Source of the DNA: an uncultured Actinomycetota bacterium
Lineage (GTDB): Bacteria > Actinomycetota > Acidimicrobiia > Acidimicrobiales > Bog-793
Reading direction: 5' to 3'
Length of the DNA stretch: 64,000 bases
Assembly: GCA_963735115.1 (NCBI GenBank)
Contig: CAVTJR010000001.1
Location: 401,958 to 465,957, forward strand
Shown: piece by piece, positions 35,692 through 44,673 of the stretch
Layout of the letters: every line of letters begins with the position of its first letter
How positions within the stretch are numbered: the stretch's first letter is position 1
The notes under the pieces: model-generated
What the model was told of the DNA's origin: nothing
The model's input: only the letters and a program-made list of their open reading frames with translations
Databases searched by the model: none
Made by a program: the position numbers and the translations under genes

Positions 35692-35934
35692 GATTTCGCC
35701 ATGCGGGACTTCACCGTCGCCCAGGCCGACGACCTCTACGAGCTTGTGACCGAGAGAGCCGGCAAGGCGACGATCTTTACGGCCAACAGGATGGGCCAGG
35801 ACTGGTACGGGCTGTTCCCGAACCCCGTCGTGGCCGAGTCGATCCTCGACCGCATCGTCAACACCGCCCATCACGTCCATATGGACGGCAAGTCCTACCG
35901 ACCGAAGAACCGGCCGAATCGAGCAGGATCGTGA
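35692..35934 (+). pseudogene. istB: IstB, 3' fragment
   Basis: DFAMRDFTVAQADDLYELVTERAGKATIFTANR...WYGLFPNPVVAESILDRIVNTAHHVHMDGKSYR is the conserved IstB C-terminus. Confidence 0.85.
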
Positions 35935-36248
35935 GACGGACCTGCGCGGCAAAGGGGTGCGAGAACGAAGTGCCGCCGAGGAACGGGCGCTTCGGGCGCA
36001 ACCCGATCTACTGCTCGCCCTCGTGTCGAAAGGTCCCGCCGGCGAATCTCCCCGTCGCCGTCGAGATCGCCCACGAGCCGACTGACGATGCTCGTCCCGC
36101 CGGCCGCATCTTCTCGGTGAAGCTCAGCCGCGGCGACAAGACCGTGACGGTCGCCGAGGGACTCGGACGCCCCTCGGCCGAGCACCTCGCCGGTGAGATC
36201 CTCTCGATCCTGGCACCGTCGCGACCGAGAGGAGGAACGATCAGCTAG
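35931..36248 (+). CDS. small Cys-rich (zinc-ribbon-like) protein inside IS21, downstream of istB
   Basis: GTG overlaps the istB stop (GTGA). CAAKGCENEV...IYCSPSC. It ends about 20 bp before the right-end repeats. Confidence 0.4.
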   Translation: MRRTCAAKGCENEVPPRNGRFGRNPIYCSPSCRKVPPANLPVAVEIAHEPTDDARPAGRIFSVKLSRGDKTVTVAEGLGRPSAEHLAGEILSILAPSRPRGGTIS

Positions 36249-36322
36249 ACATGAGTTGCACGCCGGATGAGGGAATTACTTGACGGAATCGTCAGGGAAT
36301 TACGTGACGGTTGACATACGGG

Positions 36323-36770
36323 CGGCCCCCTACGGGGTCACCCAGTTCTCCACCTCCATCGTCGACGTGAGAGCCGGCCAGCTCCTCGACGTCGTGCCCG
36401 GCAGGGGCGGGGCCGAGCCGGCGGCCTGGCTGCGCAGTCGCAGCGAGGACTTCCGCTCCTCGATCCGCTACGGCACCTTGGACCTCTCCGGCGCCTACCG
36501 GGCCGTCTTCGAGGAGGTACTTCCCGGTGCCGTCCTCGTCGCCGACCCGTTTCATGTCGTCAAGCTCGCCAACGAGCGTCTCGACGACTGCCGCCGCCGC
36601 GTGCAGAACGACGTCCTCGGCCACCGCGGACGGAAGGGAGACCCTCTCTACCGGTGCCGTCGCCTGCTCACGCGGGCCGACGAGCGGCTGAGCGACAAAG
36701 GGCGTACCAAGCTCGTCGGGCTGCTGCGGGCCGGCGACCCACACGGCGAGGTGGCCCCTATGCCGAATGC
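36323..36770 (+). pseudogene. ISL3-family transposase, central fragment (3' end missing)
   Basis: AAPYGVTQFSTSIVDVRAGQLLDVVPGRGGAEPAAWL...FHVVKLANERLDDCRRRVQ...RLLTRADERLS...DPHGEV. Similarity to the family ends at about 36765, where composition drops. Confidence 0.7.
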
Positions 36771-37249
36771 TCAACGGGGTTTGCTGTCAACAGCAGTTCG
36801 TTCGGAAATAGGCCGCTACACCTATCAATAGACGTTCAGATTGGTGTGTTTGTAAGATTGTATGAGCAGTTCCGGGGCTCCGGAGCCTCGACCACAGTCA
36901 TGTTCCGGTGACCACCCGAGGTCGCTCGGCAGATGACGCCAACTTTCCGTTACGTCCATCGACGCCACCGTCTGCGCGCACTCAGCCATCAGGCCTTGCA
37001 CGATCCAAGCCGGGTATTCCGCTAGTCCGCGTCTGGGCGCATGCAAACACGCCAAGCTCACCTCCAGCACGTCGAGCCATAACCCTGTCCGCGGCCCCGA
37101 GCGAGCTACAACCGCGGACCGTCAACGGCAGACTAGCGGCGAAGGCTCACGAGCTCCTTGACGCGCCGTTCGCTTGCGCGTACACTCCCAGCGTGAGGCG
37201 GACTGGGATGGTCGGTAAGTAACGGTCTTTATGATCTCCCAGGCGCTTA

Positions 37250-38056
37250 ATGTGCCACTTTCCTCTGCGGTACTCTTGCTCTGGGAAGCTGGGCGAAAGT
37301 CTCAATGTCGGTCAGAACACAGGCAGCTTGTTCGTTGGAATCATTGGTTCACTTACGGCTCCAGGTCCCTCGCAAGTTGATACTTCAGATGATCAGGCGC
37401 TGCTGCTTTGGCTTGGAATGGAAGAGTATTCCACTCCTACGGGTTACTACTGTGACTTGGATGGCGAGCTTACCCATTACTGCTGGACCCAGGTAGGCCT
37501 AGCAATGGGCACGTTCGGAGATCCGTATTGCCCAGGCAATCCGCGGACCACGACTTCGGACACGAGCTACGAGGTCTACTTCGAACGGTACGATATCAAC
37601 GGTTGCGCGGACGTGCTGAGCACTGTCGACATTGATACGAGCGACGCTGTTCCATTTCAAGACAACTGGACAGGCGAGTATATCGATGGAGGCTACCAAT
37701 ACGAATCTCAGGTTGTCGACAGCTCTGACCACTACGTTGAAATCGGCACTGGTGACCTCTACTACCTCGACATTCACGCGGAAGCACAGGCAGAGATTCA
37801 CACTGGGAGCGATACAACCTGTCCCACGCTAACCGGTGGCTCGCCGTATCAGCACTTCGGCGATCAAGTCGATGGTAGCTGGGATGGTGGATCCGCCAAA
37901 CTTCAGGTCGAGAACTCCTCGACCGATACATTCAGTCCGTGGTCGACTGCTGATGGACCCAGTGCTCCCTTCTCGGATAGCCCCTATTGGGTAACTGAAG
38001 GAGGTCATTGGCCAGCTGATTTCCAAACTAACGGCCCAGGGGGTGGACCCCCGTGA
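37250..38056 (+). CDS. low-GC acidic Cys/Tyr/Asp-rich protein, unknown function
   Basis: 268-aa ORF with no recognisable motif. The start is uncertain. Its stop overlaps the next gene's start, which suggests an operon. Confidence 0.45.
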   Translation: MCHFPLRYSCSGKLGESLNVGQNTGSLFVGIIGSLTAPGPSQVDTSDDQALLLWLGMEEYSTPTGYYCDLDGELTHYCWTQVGLAMGTFGDPYCPGNPRTTTSDTSYEVYFERYDINGCADVLSTVDIDTSDAVPFQDNWTGEYIDGGYQYESQVVDSSDHYVEIGTGDLYYLDIHAEAQAEIHTGSDTTCPTLTGGSPYQHFGDQVDGSWDGGSAKLQVENSSTDTFSPWSTADGPSAPFSDSPYWVTEGGHWPADFQTNGPGGGPP

Positions 38057-39327
38057 TTCGAGTTGGATCACCGGACAGGGAGAGGCGTAATAGGCTAGCA
38101 ATTCTGGGTATCGTCTGCCTTTGCGCCGTGACGCTGTCCGCATGTGGAAGAGGGATCGAAACGAGCAACGGTCATTCCCGCATTAGCAAACCACCCAACC
38201 AAGCTGCGTACCGCTATCTCACTCGGTCAACAGTTGTGCCAGCCAACGGACCTTCTTGGTTGCTCCCAGCCGGATTCAGCACTTTGCAGAGCCTGACCGG
38301 TGACCCGAACGGAACTGGCGCCTGGTTCTGGGACAGTACCTCCAACGAAGACGTGATTTTCAACTCAAGCGCAGGCAATATCTCAGAGTGGCCTGTGCTA
38401 TCGGGTAGCAACTTTCAGCAGAGCGAACAGGCGGGCGGGTTGGCAGTCGACCCGCAAGGCAACGTTTGGTTGGCTATTAACCTGACGCTCATCGAGTTGG
38501 ACCCGGCGACGGGAGCCACGGAGACTTGGACAATTCCCACTCCGAGTGCAAATCTCGCGGCTGCTAGCTTCGAACCGTCGGGCGCGGCTGAGATCGCAGT
38601 GACCGGCTTGGCGGCGAGCCCTTTGGGGACGATCGCCATATTGACCAGTAATTCGAGCACAGTTGAGGTATTCGACCCTCGATCGTCCGAATTCGACAGC
38701 ATCTCAATGCCGACCGATGACGACCTTCCGACCGCTGCGGCGTTCTCAGGAGACGGGACCTTGTGCATTGGCTTCTCAGCAGTCGAGGAAGGCACGGGCG
38801 GTACTGCTTCCAACCTGATGATCCTGAGCCCTAATGGTCAAGCCGCAACTTACTCACTTCTCACACCGGGATCAGCCTGGGACATCGCCCCCTTAGGATC
38901 GTCGAGCTTTGTCGTCGGAGATGAATCGCCTGAGTTGGCGACCACTTCTGGAACTATCACGAGCATCAATTCACCGAGTGCCTTGGTGGGAAGCGGGCAG
39001 CCAATGACGCCCCTTGTCGTCGCAGGCGGCGACGTCCTAGTCGGACACGCTCAAGGTGGACTGGTTGCGTTTCCCGACGATGCAAGTTCTGTTGCCCAAG
39101 CTACAGAGGAGTCGACGTTCATTCCGTCGGCCCAGGTTTGCGGCCCCAGCGGAGACGCTCCCGGTCCGGGCACGTCCACCGAGGGGACAGTCTGTGGCGC
39201 GCCTGGATATTTTGATGTCGTTGCCGACGGCGATGGAGACCTCTGGACCGTCGGAAGCGGCGGCGTCTCCGAGGTACCGCCTCAAACGGTTAGCGCTGCC
39301 ATCACGAGGGCCACTAACAGGGCCTGA
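38053..39327 (+). CDS. low-GC lipoprotein, beta-propeller-like repeats, unknown function
   Basis: Lipobox LAILGIVCLCAVTLSAC. Repeated ...G..WF/WL..., ...DPQGNVWLA..., ...DGDLWTV... strands resemble NHL/Vgb-lyase-type propellers. Confidence 0.6.
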   Translation: MIRVGSPDRERRNRLAILGIVCLCAVTLSACGRGIETSNGHSRISKPPNQAAYRYLTRSTVVPANGPSWLLPAGFSTLQSLTGDPNGTGAWFWDSTSNEDVIFNSSAGNISEWPVLSGSNFQQSEQAGGLAVDPQGNVWLAINLTLIELDPATGATETWTIPTPSANLAAASFEPSGAAEIAVTGLAASPLGTIAILTSNSSTVEVFDPRSSEFDSISMPTDDDLPTAAAFSGDGTLCIGFSAVEEGTGGTASNLMILSPNGQAATYSLLTPGSAWDIAPLGSSSFVVGDESPELATTSGTITSINSPSALVGSGQPMTPLVVAGGDVLVGHAQGGLVAFPDDASSVAQATEESTFIPSAQVCGPSGDAPGPGTSTEGTVCGAPGYFDVVADGDGDLWTVGSGGVSEVPPQTVSAAITRATNRA

Positions 39328-39573
39328 CGGATACGGACCCCCTTCACCAGCGGCTGGGCTCGGATGCCGAACCTTGCATGTGACCGTCGAGAACCCTCCC
39401 GCATCGCAGGCGACGAAGTTGCCCACATCCCGCCGCGGCACCGTCGTCGCACAACTGCCAGCCGTCGGGCACAAGTAACTCCGTGGACTGCCGTCGTCCT
39501 TCGAGTGGATGACCCCGCCGGCCAGGGGTCAGTTCCCCGCTGACGATTCTGCACAGCGCAGCCTGAGAAACGG

Positions 39574-42500
39574 CTACAGCCCCGGGCCGAGCTGCGGCCG
39601 CGGCGGCTCGTGATGGGGTGTCGGATCGGGGCGTCGTAGCTGGCGGTTCCCAGCGGGTACGGGTTGGGGAGCTGACCTTCTTCGGATGCCGTCGAGTCGG
39701 TCCCGGTGGGCATCGAGGCCGGCAGCTAGTCCATCGGCGGTCCGACATAGATCCCACGTTCGCTCGCGCGAGAGGCGGGAACGAGCCTCCTGGCGCTCCA
39801 GGCGGGCGGCGAGCCGCTCGACGTCTCCTCGGTGGCGAGCGATCTCGGCGTCGAGACGGGCGGCTTCGGGGACGACGTGAGTCTGCGAGCGCTGCTCGGC
39901 GTCCTTCGCCCGCTCGGCCCAGCTGCCTGCTTCTCTGTTGGCCACACGGCGTTCGCGCCAACGACTCGCGTGCTCTGCTCGCCAGCGTGCCGAGGCCATC
40001 CCAACTGTGGCCTCGGCAAGATCGACGACGGCGCTGCCGGCCTCGGAGTACGCGTAGCTGCCCGAACCTGTGTCCAGATCGGCCCTGGCCTGCTGGGCTT
40101 GGCCCAAGGCAGCTTGAGCCTCGCCGAGGGCCGGGGCGAGATCGGGCGGTCTGATCCTCGCATTGGCCTGGGCGACGATCGTGGTCTCGGCGTGGACGAT
40201 GGCGGCGATCTGGAACTTTTGCTCGTCGCCCATACCGGCGACGGCCTCGGCGGTGAGCTTCTCGTGATCGAGCAGACCGGTGTCGATGGCCCAGGTTGGC
40301 GTGCGCTGCGTCGACCAGTCACGTCTCAGGTCCTCGGCGGCCTGGGCGAGACCGTCGGCAACGGTCCAGGCGTGTGAGGATTCGCGACCGCGGCTCATGG
40401 CCACGTAGGCGAGCTCGCGTCCCTCGCCGTCGGCGAAGAGGTGGGCTCGGGTCACCGTGGCGCCTTGACTGCGGTGAACCGTTGTGGCGTATCCGTAGCC
40501 GAGGCGTTCGGCGCCGGCCTGCTCGCCGGTGAGCCGGACCTCTCGGCCGTCGCTCGTGCGGAGATCGATCGCTCCGGTGGCTGGATGAACGGCATGCACG
40601 ACGGCCCGCTCGGAGGTGACGAGTCTGCCGCCCGGGCCTGGGGCGAGGGTGACCACTTCGTCGCCGGCGCGGTAGGCGTTGCCGCCGGGGCAGACGAGCT
40701 CGGGGCCGGAGAGGCGGGCCGTTGCGTCCATCCAGCTCCTCGCCCGTTCGTTGAGCTCGGAGACGTTCGCCCGTCGCCAGGCGTAGAGGCCGACGTCGTG
40801 CCCCGCTGCGACATCGGCGCTCCAGGCGTCCACGGCTGCCTGCAAGGCTGTTCCTCTATCGGCTTCGGCGTGGATGCGCTCGCGCTCGACATAGAACGAG
40901 ATCGCCTCGGCCACCTCGCCGTCGCGAAGTGCCGCCAGAGCTTGGCGCTCCTCGGGGTCGTGCTGGCGTCGGTTCTCGCTGAGATGATGGACGGCATCCG
41001 GGTGGCGGGATACCAGTGCGCCGAGGGCGCCGCCGGGGCCGACCGGCCCGATCTGATGGTGGTCGCCGACGAGGATCAACTTGGCGCCGGCCGCTTCCAC
41101 ATGGGCTGCCAGGCGGACGAGGTCGACGTCGTCGGTCATCCCCACCTCGTCGAGGATGACGGCCGTTCGTTCGCTGAGGCTGAGTTGATGGTGGTCGAGT
41201 CGCCAGATCAAGCTGGCGAGGGTGCGCGACTCGCCGATCTCGGCTTCGCTCGACAGGGTGCGAGCGGCCTGGCCCGAGGTGGCGGTGCCGAGCACCTGGT
41301 AGCCGGCCTCGGTGAAGGCGGCCGCCACCACCTTCAACATCGTCGTCTTGCCGGCGCCGGCGACTCCCTCGACGAGCTCGGCGCCTCGACCGGAGGTGCA
41401 GATGGCCACGGCCGCCGAGCGCTGCTCCTCCGAGAGCTCGGCCCCGAGGCTCGCCTCGGCCTCGTCGATAGCCGCCTCCGCCTCGACCTCGGTGACCGCC
41501 GGGGCGTCATCGCGTGCGAGTTGGCGCTGCAGGCTCTCGGCGATGGCCGTCTCGCGGGCAAGTACCGAGGCGAGGGAGTACACCTGCTCTCTGGCGCCGC
41601 TCACCCCGACGAGGGGGACGCACTCGGGATCGGCGAGGGCGCGGTCGACGAAGGCGTCGAGGAGGGCCGGTCCCCGCCCGTAGAGGTGGGGAGCAAGGAC
41701 GACGACCACGTGTCGCCGGGAGAACACCTTGCGGCGGGCAAGCTCGCCGTCGTGTCCGAGGACCTCGGACAGGAGCCGGCGGCCATCCTTGGGCGTCAGC
41801 GACCGAACCTCGTCCCGGGCGGCCTCGACCGATGCCAGCAGCCGCTCGACCGGCCAGCCGGCAGCTTCGAGCTCGGCGCGCCAGCGGTCCACCAGCTCCC
41901 TCTCTGCCTCGTGCTCCTTGGAGGACCGGGTGGTGCGGGCGGCGATGCCTCGGGCGCGATAGGACGTCGCGCCGCGGCGCTGGCACTCGGCCTCGATCTC
42001 GGCTGCGCGCTTCGAGTGCAGTGCGAGGACCTCGTCGGGGATGCCGGCGATCCGCCAGTGTCCGAGTTTCCCGGACGGACCCGGATCGGCTTCGATCCCA
42101 TAACCCAGCCCGACGGCTACGCGGGCAGAGGCCACCCGCCCCACCATGGTGGCGGCATGCAGGTGCTCTCGCCACAAGGTCGTGTCGGCTGCCTTCCAGC
42201 CGCCACGGTCGTCCCGCATCTCGACGAGATTGCCCACAAGGACGTGATCGTGCGGGCTGGGATCGCCTGCCCGCGAGGTGGCGTGACGGGTGTGGGCGTA
42301 GATGAGCCCTCCCGTCTGGCTCGCCGTTGCGGCTCTCCCTCGCCGGCCGCCCATCTGACGGGTGACCCGGTCGAGATAGGCCAGGGTGGCGTCTCGCTCG
42401 GCGTCCATGATGGCGTGCATGTCCTCGGCTCGGCCGATCACGCCCAGCTCTGCGACGCTCTTGTGGCCCGAGATGACGAGCTCCATGCCCGGACGGCGGG

Positions 42501-42807
42501 TGGCCACCAGCCGATCCAACGTGGCGGGATGCCGGGCACCACCCGCCCCGAAGACTGCTTCGTAGGACTCGGGCGATACCGACTCGGACAGACCGAGCGA
42601 CATCGCGCCAGAGCCGCCCCACACGAGCGGAGTCTCGCCCCGAGAGGCGTAGTACTGAAGTGCCATGCCGGGAAAGTCGTCGGCGCGTTCGAGCACCGTG
42701 GCCCGGTGGTACTCCACCGACTCGGCCCCCATCATCCGCATCCACGCCACTGCTCTGTCACCACTTCCGTACGACGGTCCGGCCTTTGGCAACCTCAAAG
42801 GTTGCAA
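39574..42807 (-). CDS. MobF-family relaxase/helicase (TrwC/TraA-like)
   Basis: N-terminal TrwC relaxase domain (YYASRGETPLVWGGSGA, histidine cluster HTRHATSRAGDPSPHDHVLVGN). C-terminal RecD-like helicase (Walker A GVAGAGKTT, DEVGM, ...ATTVHRSQGATV). The true start may be M23 (42741). Confidence 0.9.
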   Translation of the reverse strand: MQPLRLPKAGPSYGSGDRAVAWMRMMGAESVEYHRATVLERADDFPGMALQYYASRGETPLVWGGSGAMSLGLSESVSPESYEAVFGAGGARHPATLDRLVATRRPGMELVISGHKSVAELGVIGRAEDMHAIMDAERDATLAYLDRVTRQMGGRRGRAATASQTGGLIYAHTRHATSRAGDPSPHDHVLVGNLVEMRDDRGGWKAADTTLWREHLHAATMVGRVASARVAVGLGYGIEADPGPSGKLGHWRIAGIPDEVLALHSKRAAEIEAECQRRGATSYRARGIAARTTRSSKEHEAERELVDRWRAELEAAGWPVERLLASVEAARDEVRSLTPKDGRRLLSEVLGHDGELARRKVFSRRHVVVVLAPHLYGRGPALLDAFVDRALADPECVPLVGVSGAREQVYSLASVLARETAIAESLQRQLARDDAPAVTEVEAEAAIDEAEASLGAELSEEQRSAAVAICTSGRGAELVEGVAGAGKTTMLKVVAAAFTEAGYQVLGTATSGQAARTLSSEAEIGESRTLASLIWRLDHHQLSLSERTAVILDEVGMTDDVDLVRLAAHVEAAGAKLILVGDHHQIGPVGPGGALGALVSRHPDAVHHLSENRRQHDPEERQALAALRDGEVAEAISFYVERERIHAEADRGTALQAAVDAWSADVAAGHDVGLYAWRRANVSELNERARSWMDATARLSGPELVCPGGNAYRAGDEVVTLAPGPGGRLVTSERAVVHAVHPATGAIDLRTSDGREVRLTGEQAGAERLGYGYATTVHRSQGATVTRAHLFADGEGRELAYVAMSRGRESSHAWTVADGLAQAAEDLRRDWSTQRTPTWAIDTGLLDHEKLTAEAVAGMGDEQKFQIAAIVHAETTIVAQANARIRPPDLAPALGEAQAALGQAQQARADLDTGSGSYAYSEAGSAVVDLAEATVGMASARWRAEHASRWRERRVANREAGSWAERAKDAEQRSQTHVVPEAARLDAEIARHRGDVERLAARLERQEARSRLSRERTWDLCRTADGLAAGLDAHRDRLDGIRRRSAPQPVPAGNRQLRRPDPTPHHEPPRPQLGPGL
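42789..42805. promoter_or_regulatory. inverted repeat GCAACCT-caa-AGGTTGC just upstream of (or in the first codons of) the relaxase gene; oriT-type hairpin candidate
   Basis: Perfect 7-bp arms with a 3-nt loop, positioned next to the relaxase start. Confidence 0.3.
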
Positions 42808-42839
42808 TCGTGTTCTGCTCTAGTTGGGTATATAGGAGC

Positions 42840-42950
42840 TGGTGAGGGATGTAAAGGGGTTGATTTGTGAGCGGTAAGTAGCGGTGAGTAATGGTAAATG
42901 ATGGTGAGGAAGAAGTGGTGGGATTGGTGATGGCGGGTGGCTGCTGGGGC
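42840..42950 (+). repeat. C-depleted G/T/A-rich tract with phased GGTRA repeats
   Basis: Only 3 C in about 110 nt on the + strand. GGTAA/GGTGA occurs at 42873, 42883, 42893 and 42903 (exact 10-bp phase), with further copies at 42841, 42917 and 42926. Confidence 0.7.
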
Positions 42951-43138
42951 TGGGGCAGTGAGCAAGGAGCTGAGCCGGTCGCGCAGATAGCTTGGATGTG
43001 CCATCGCGCAGTAATTGTAGGACCGAGGCGACTGACGGCTCCTGCCGGGCCGCCATCGGTCCATATGTGGAGCGGCACACGGTCATGCGTCAGAGCCGTC
43101 GGGCAGCGGCGGACAAACCGTCATCAAAGGAGTCAGCC

Positions 43139-43342
43139 ATGACCGCGCCAGACCCGCTTCCTCACCTCCTCACCATCGACGAGCTCGCCGACCACCTCGG
43201 CGTGAATGTCCGCCACATCCGCCGGCTCATCGCCGAACGCCGCGTGCCGTACTTCAAGGTCGGTCGACTGATTCGCTTCGACCCGGCCGACGTGGCCAGC
43301 TGGCTCGCTCGGACTCGGGTCGATGGGCACCGCAGCGCCTGA
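43139..43342 (+). CDS. xis: excisionase-family HTH DNA-binding protein
   Basis: AAAGGAG plus the ATG at 43139. LLTIDELADHLGVNVRHIRRLIAERRVPYFKVGRLIRFDPADVASWL is a typical Xis/MerR-type winged HTH upstream of int. Confidence 0.85.
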   Translation: MTAPDPLPHLLTIDELADHLGVNVRHIRRLIAERRVPYFKVGRLIRFDPADVASWLARTRVDGHRSA

Positions 43343-43449
43343 CCGGCTGACACAGCCGCGGACTACGGTGGTGCCCACATCGCAGACCTCTCACGACGGT
43401 CAGCCCGTAGCAACCAGTCCTCACAGCACTACGCACGGGAGGTATCTCC

Positions 43450-44673
43450 ATGGGTCGCCGCCTCTCCGGATCGGTTGACCGACTGCCCTCCGGCCGTTGG
43501 AGAGCTCGCTACCGCGGGCCCGACGGTCACCGCCATACCAGTGGGTTTCGAACGAAGGCAGATGCCGACGCGTGGCTGGCGGCCCAGCAGACTGATCGCC
43601 GGCGCGGCGCATGGATGGATCCGAGGCTTGGACAAATCACCATCGCCGATTGGGCCGGCGCATGGATGCAGACAACGGTGCACCTGCGTCCCTCGACCCG
43701 TGCGGGGTACGAGGGCAAGCTGCGAGCCCACGTGTTGCCGCGGTTGGGCGGCGTTCCGGTCATCAGCCTCGACACGCCGGCGATTCGCCGCTTCGTGGCC
43801 GAGATGGCCGCCGACGGGGTCAGCCCTGCGACCATCCTCGGCGTGCGAGCCGTGCTTCGGCTGCTGCTCGGGACGGCGGTCGAGGCCGGCGCCATCGTCG
43901 TCAATCCCTGCGCTGGCATCAAGGTGCAACGACCGAAACGCCTGGAGATGCACTTCCTCACGGCCGACCAAGTAGAGGACCTGGCCGAGACCATTGCCGT
44001 CCCCGCGCCCAAGACCGCCGGCCATGGCGCCGGACCACACTGGCGCACCGATCTCCCGGAGTACGGGCTATTGATCCGGTTCGCCGCCTACACCGGTCTC
44101 AGGGCGGGCGAGATCGGCGCCCTGCGGGTCGGGAGGCTCGACTTCCTCCGCTCCACCGTGGAAGTCGCAGAATCGGCGACCGAGGTCAACGGCCAGCTCG
44201 TCTACGGGCCAACCAAGAACTATCACCGGCGTGCCGTGCCGCTCCCTCCGTTCCTTAGGGACGACCTCGCCGCTCTCCTCCGGACCCGACCGCACGATCC
44301 GGACAGCTTCGTCTTCGCCGCACCTGAGGGTGGTCCGCTGCGGCACAACAACTTCTACCGCCGCCACTTCAAGCCCGCAGTGCTGCAAGCGGGCCTCCCG
44401 GCGGATTTGCGGTTTCATGACCTCAGACATTCCTTTACGGGATTCCTCATCGCTCAGGGAGCCCACCCGAGGGCGATCATGGAGCGACTCGGGCACTCCT
44501 CGATCCAGGTCACACTCGGCACCTACGGCCACCTCCTGCCGGGCATCGACGAGCGCCTCACAGTCGGTCTCGACGACCTCGGACGAGCCGCTCGCGCCGC
44601 CTCATCCGATTCCCGTGGGTCACGCTTGGGTCACGCCCCCGTGACGACCCTGCCGGTGGCTTCACATAAATAG
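43450..44673 (+). CDS. int: tyrosine-type site-specific integrase
   Basis: N-terminal arm-binding/SAM-like domains. Catalytic GLRAGEIGALR...FHDLRHSFTGFLIAQGAHPRAIMERLGHSSIQVTLGTYGH. The stop lies 24 bp from the tRNA 3' end. Confidence 0.95.
   Translation: MGRRLSGSVDRLPSGRWRARYRGPDGHRHTSGFRTKADADAWLAAQQTDRRRGAWMDPRLGQITIADWAGAWMQTTVHLRPSTRAGYEGKLRAHVLPRLGGVPVISLDTPAIRRFVAEMAADGVSPATILGVRAVLRLLLGTAVEAGAIVVNPCAGIKVQRPKRLEMHFLTADQVEDLAETIAVPAPKTAGHGAGPHWRTDLPEYGLLIRFAAYTGLRAGEIGALRVGRLDFLRSTVEVAESATEVNGQLVYGPTKNYHRRAVPLPPFLRDDLAALLRTRPHDPDSFVFAAPEGGPLRHNNFYRRHFKPAVLQAGLPADLRFHDLRHSFTGFLIAQGAHPRAIMERLGHSSIQVTLGTYGHLLPGIDERLTVGLDDLGRAARAASSDSRGSRLGHAPVTTLPVASHK
44615..44637 (+). repeat. tandem TGGGTCACG motif inside the int 3' end (partner 28688-28710)
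   Basis: GTGGGTCACGCTTGGGTCACGCC versus TTGGGTCACGTTTGGGTCACGCC at the opposite end of the element, in the same orientation. Confidence 0.6.

Larger units (their letters stand above)
30047..36316 (+). mobile_element. IS21-family insertion sequence (itself carrying a RIT element)
   Basis: Terminal IRs TGTCGACCGTCACGTAATTCCCT / AGGGAATTACGTGACGGTTGACA match at 22 of 23 positions. 6-bp target duplication TACGGG at 30041-30046 and 36317-36322. istA and istB lie inside. Confidence 0.9.

Noticed and set aside
36825-37070. 81-aa minus-strand ORF in the low-GC junction region.
   Set aside because: It has no RBS or motif and lies in a composition transition zone that may be a deletion scar. There is not enough support to call a gene.
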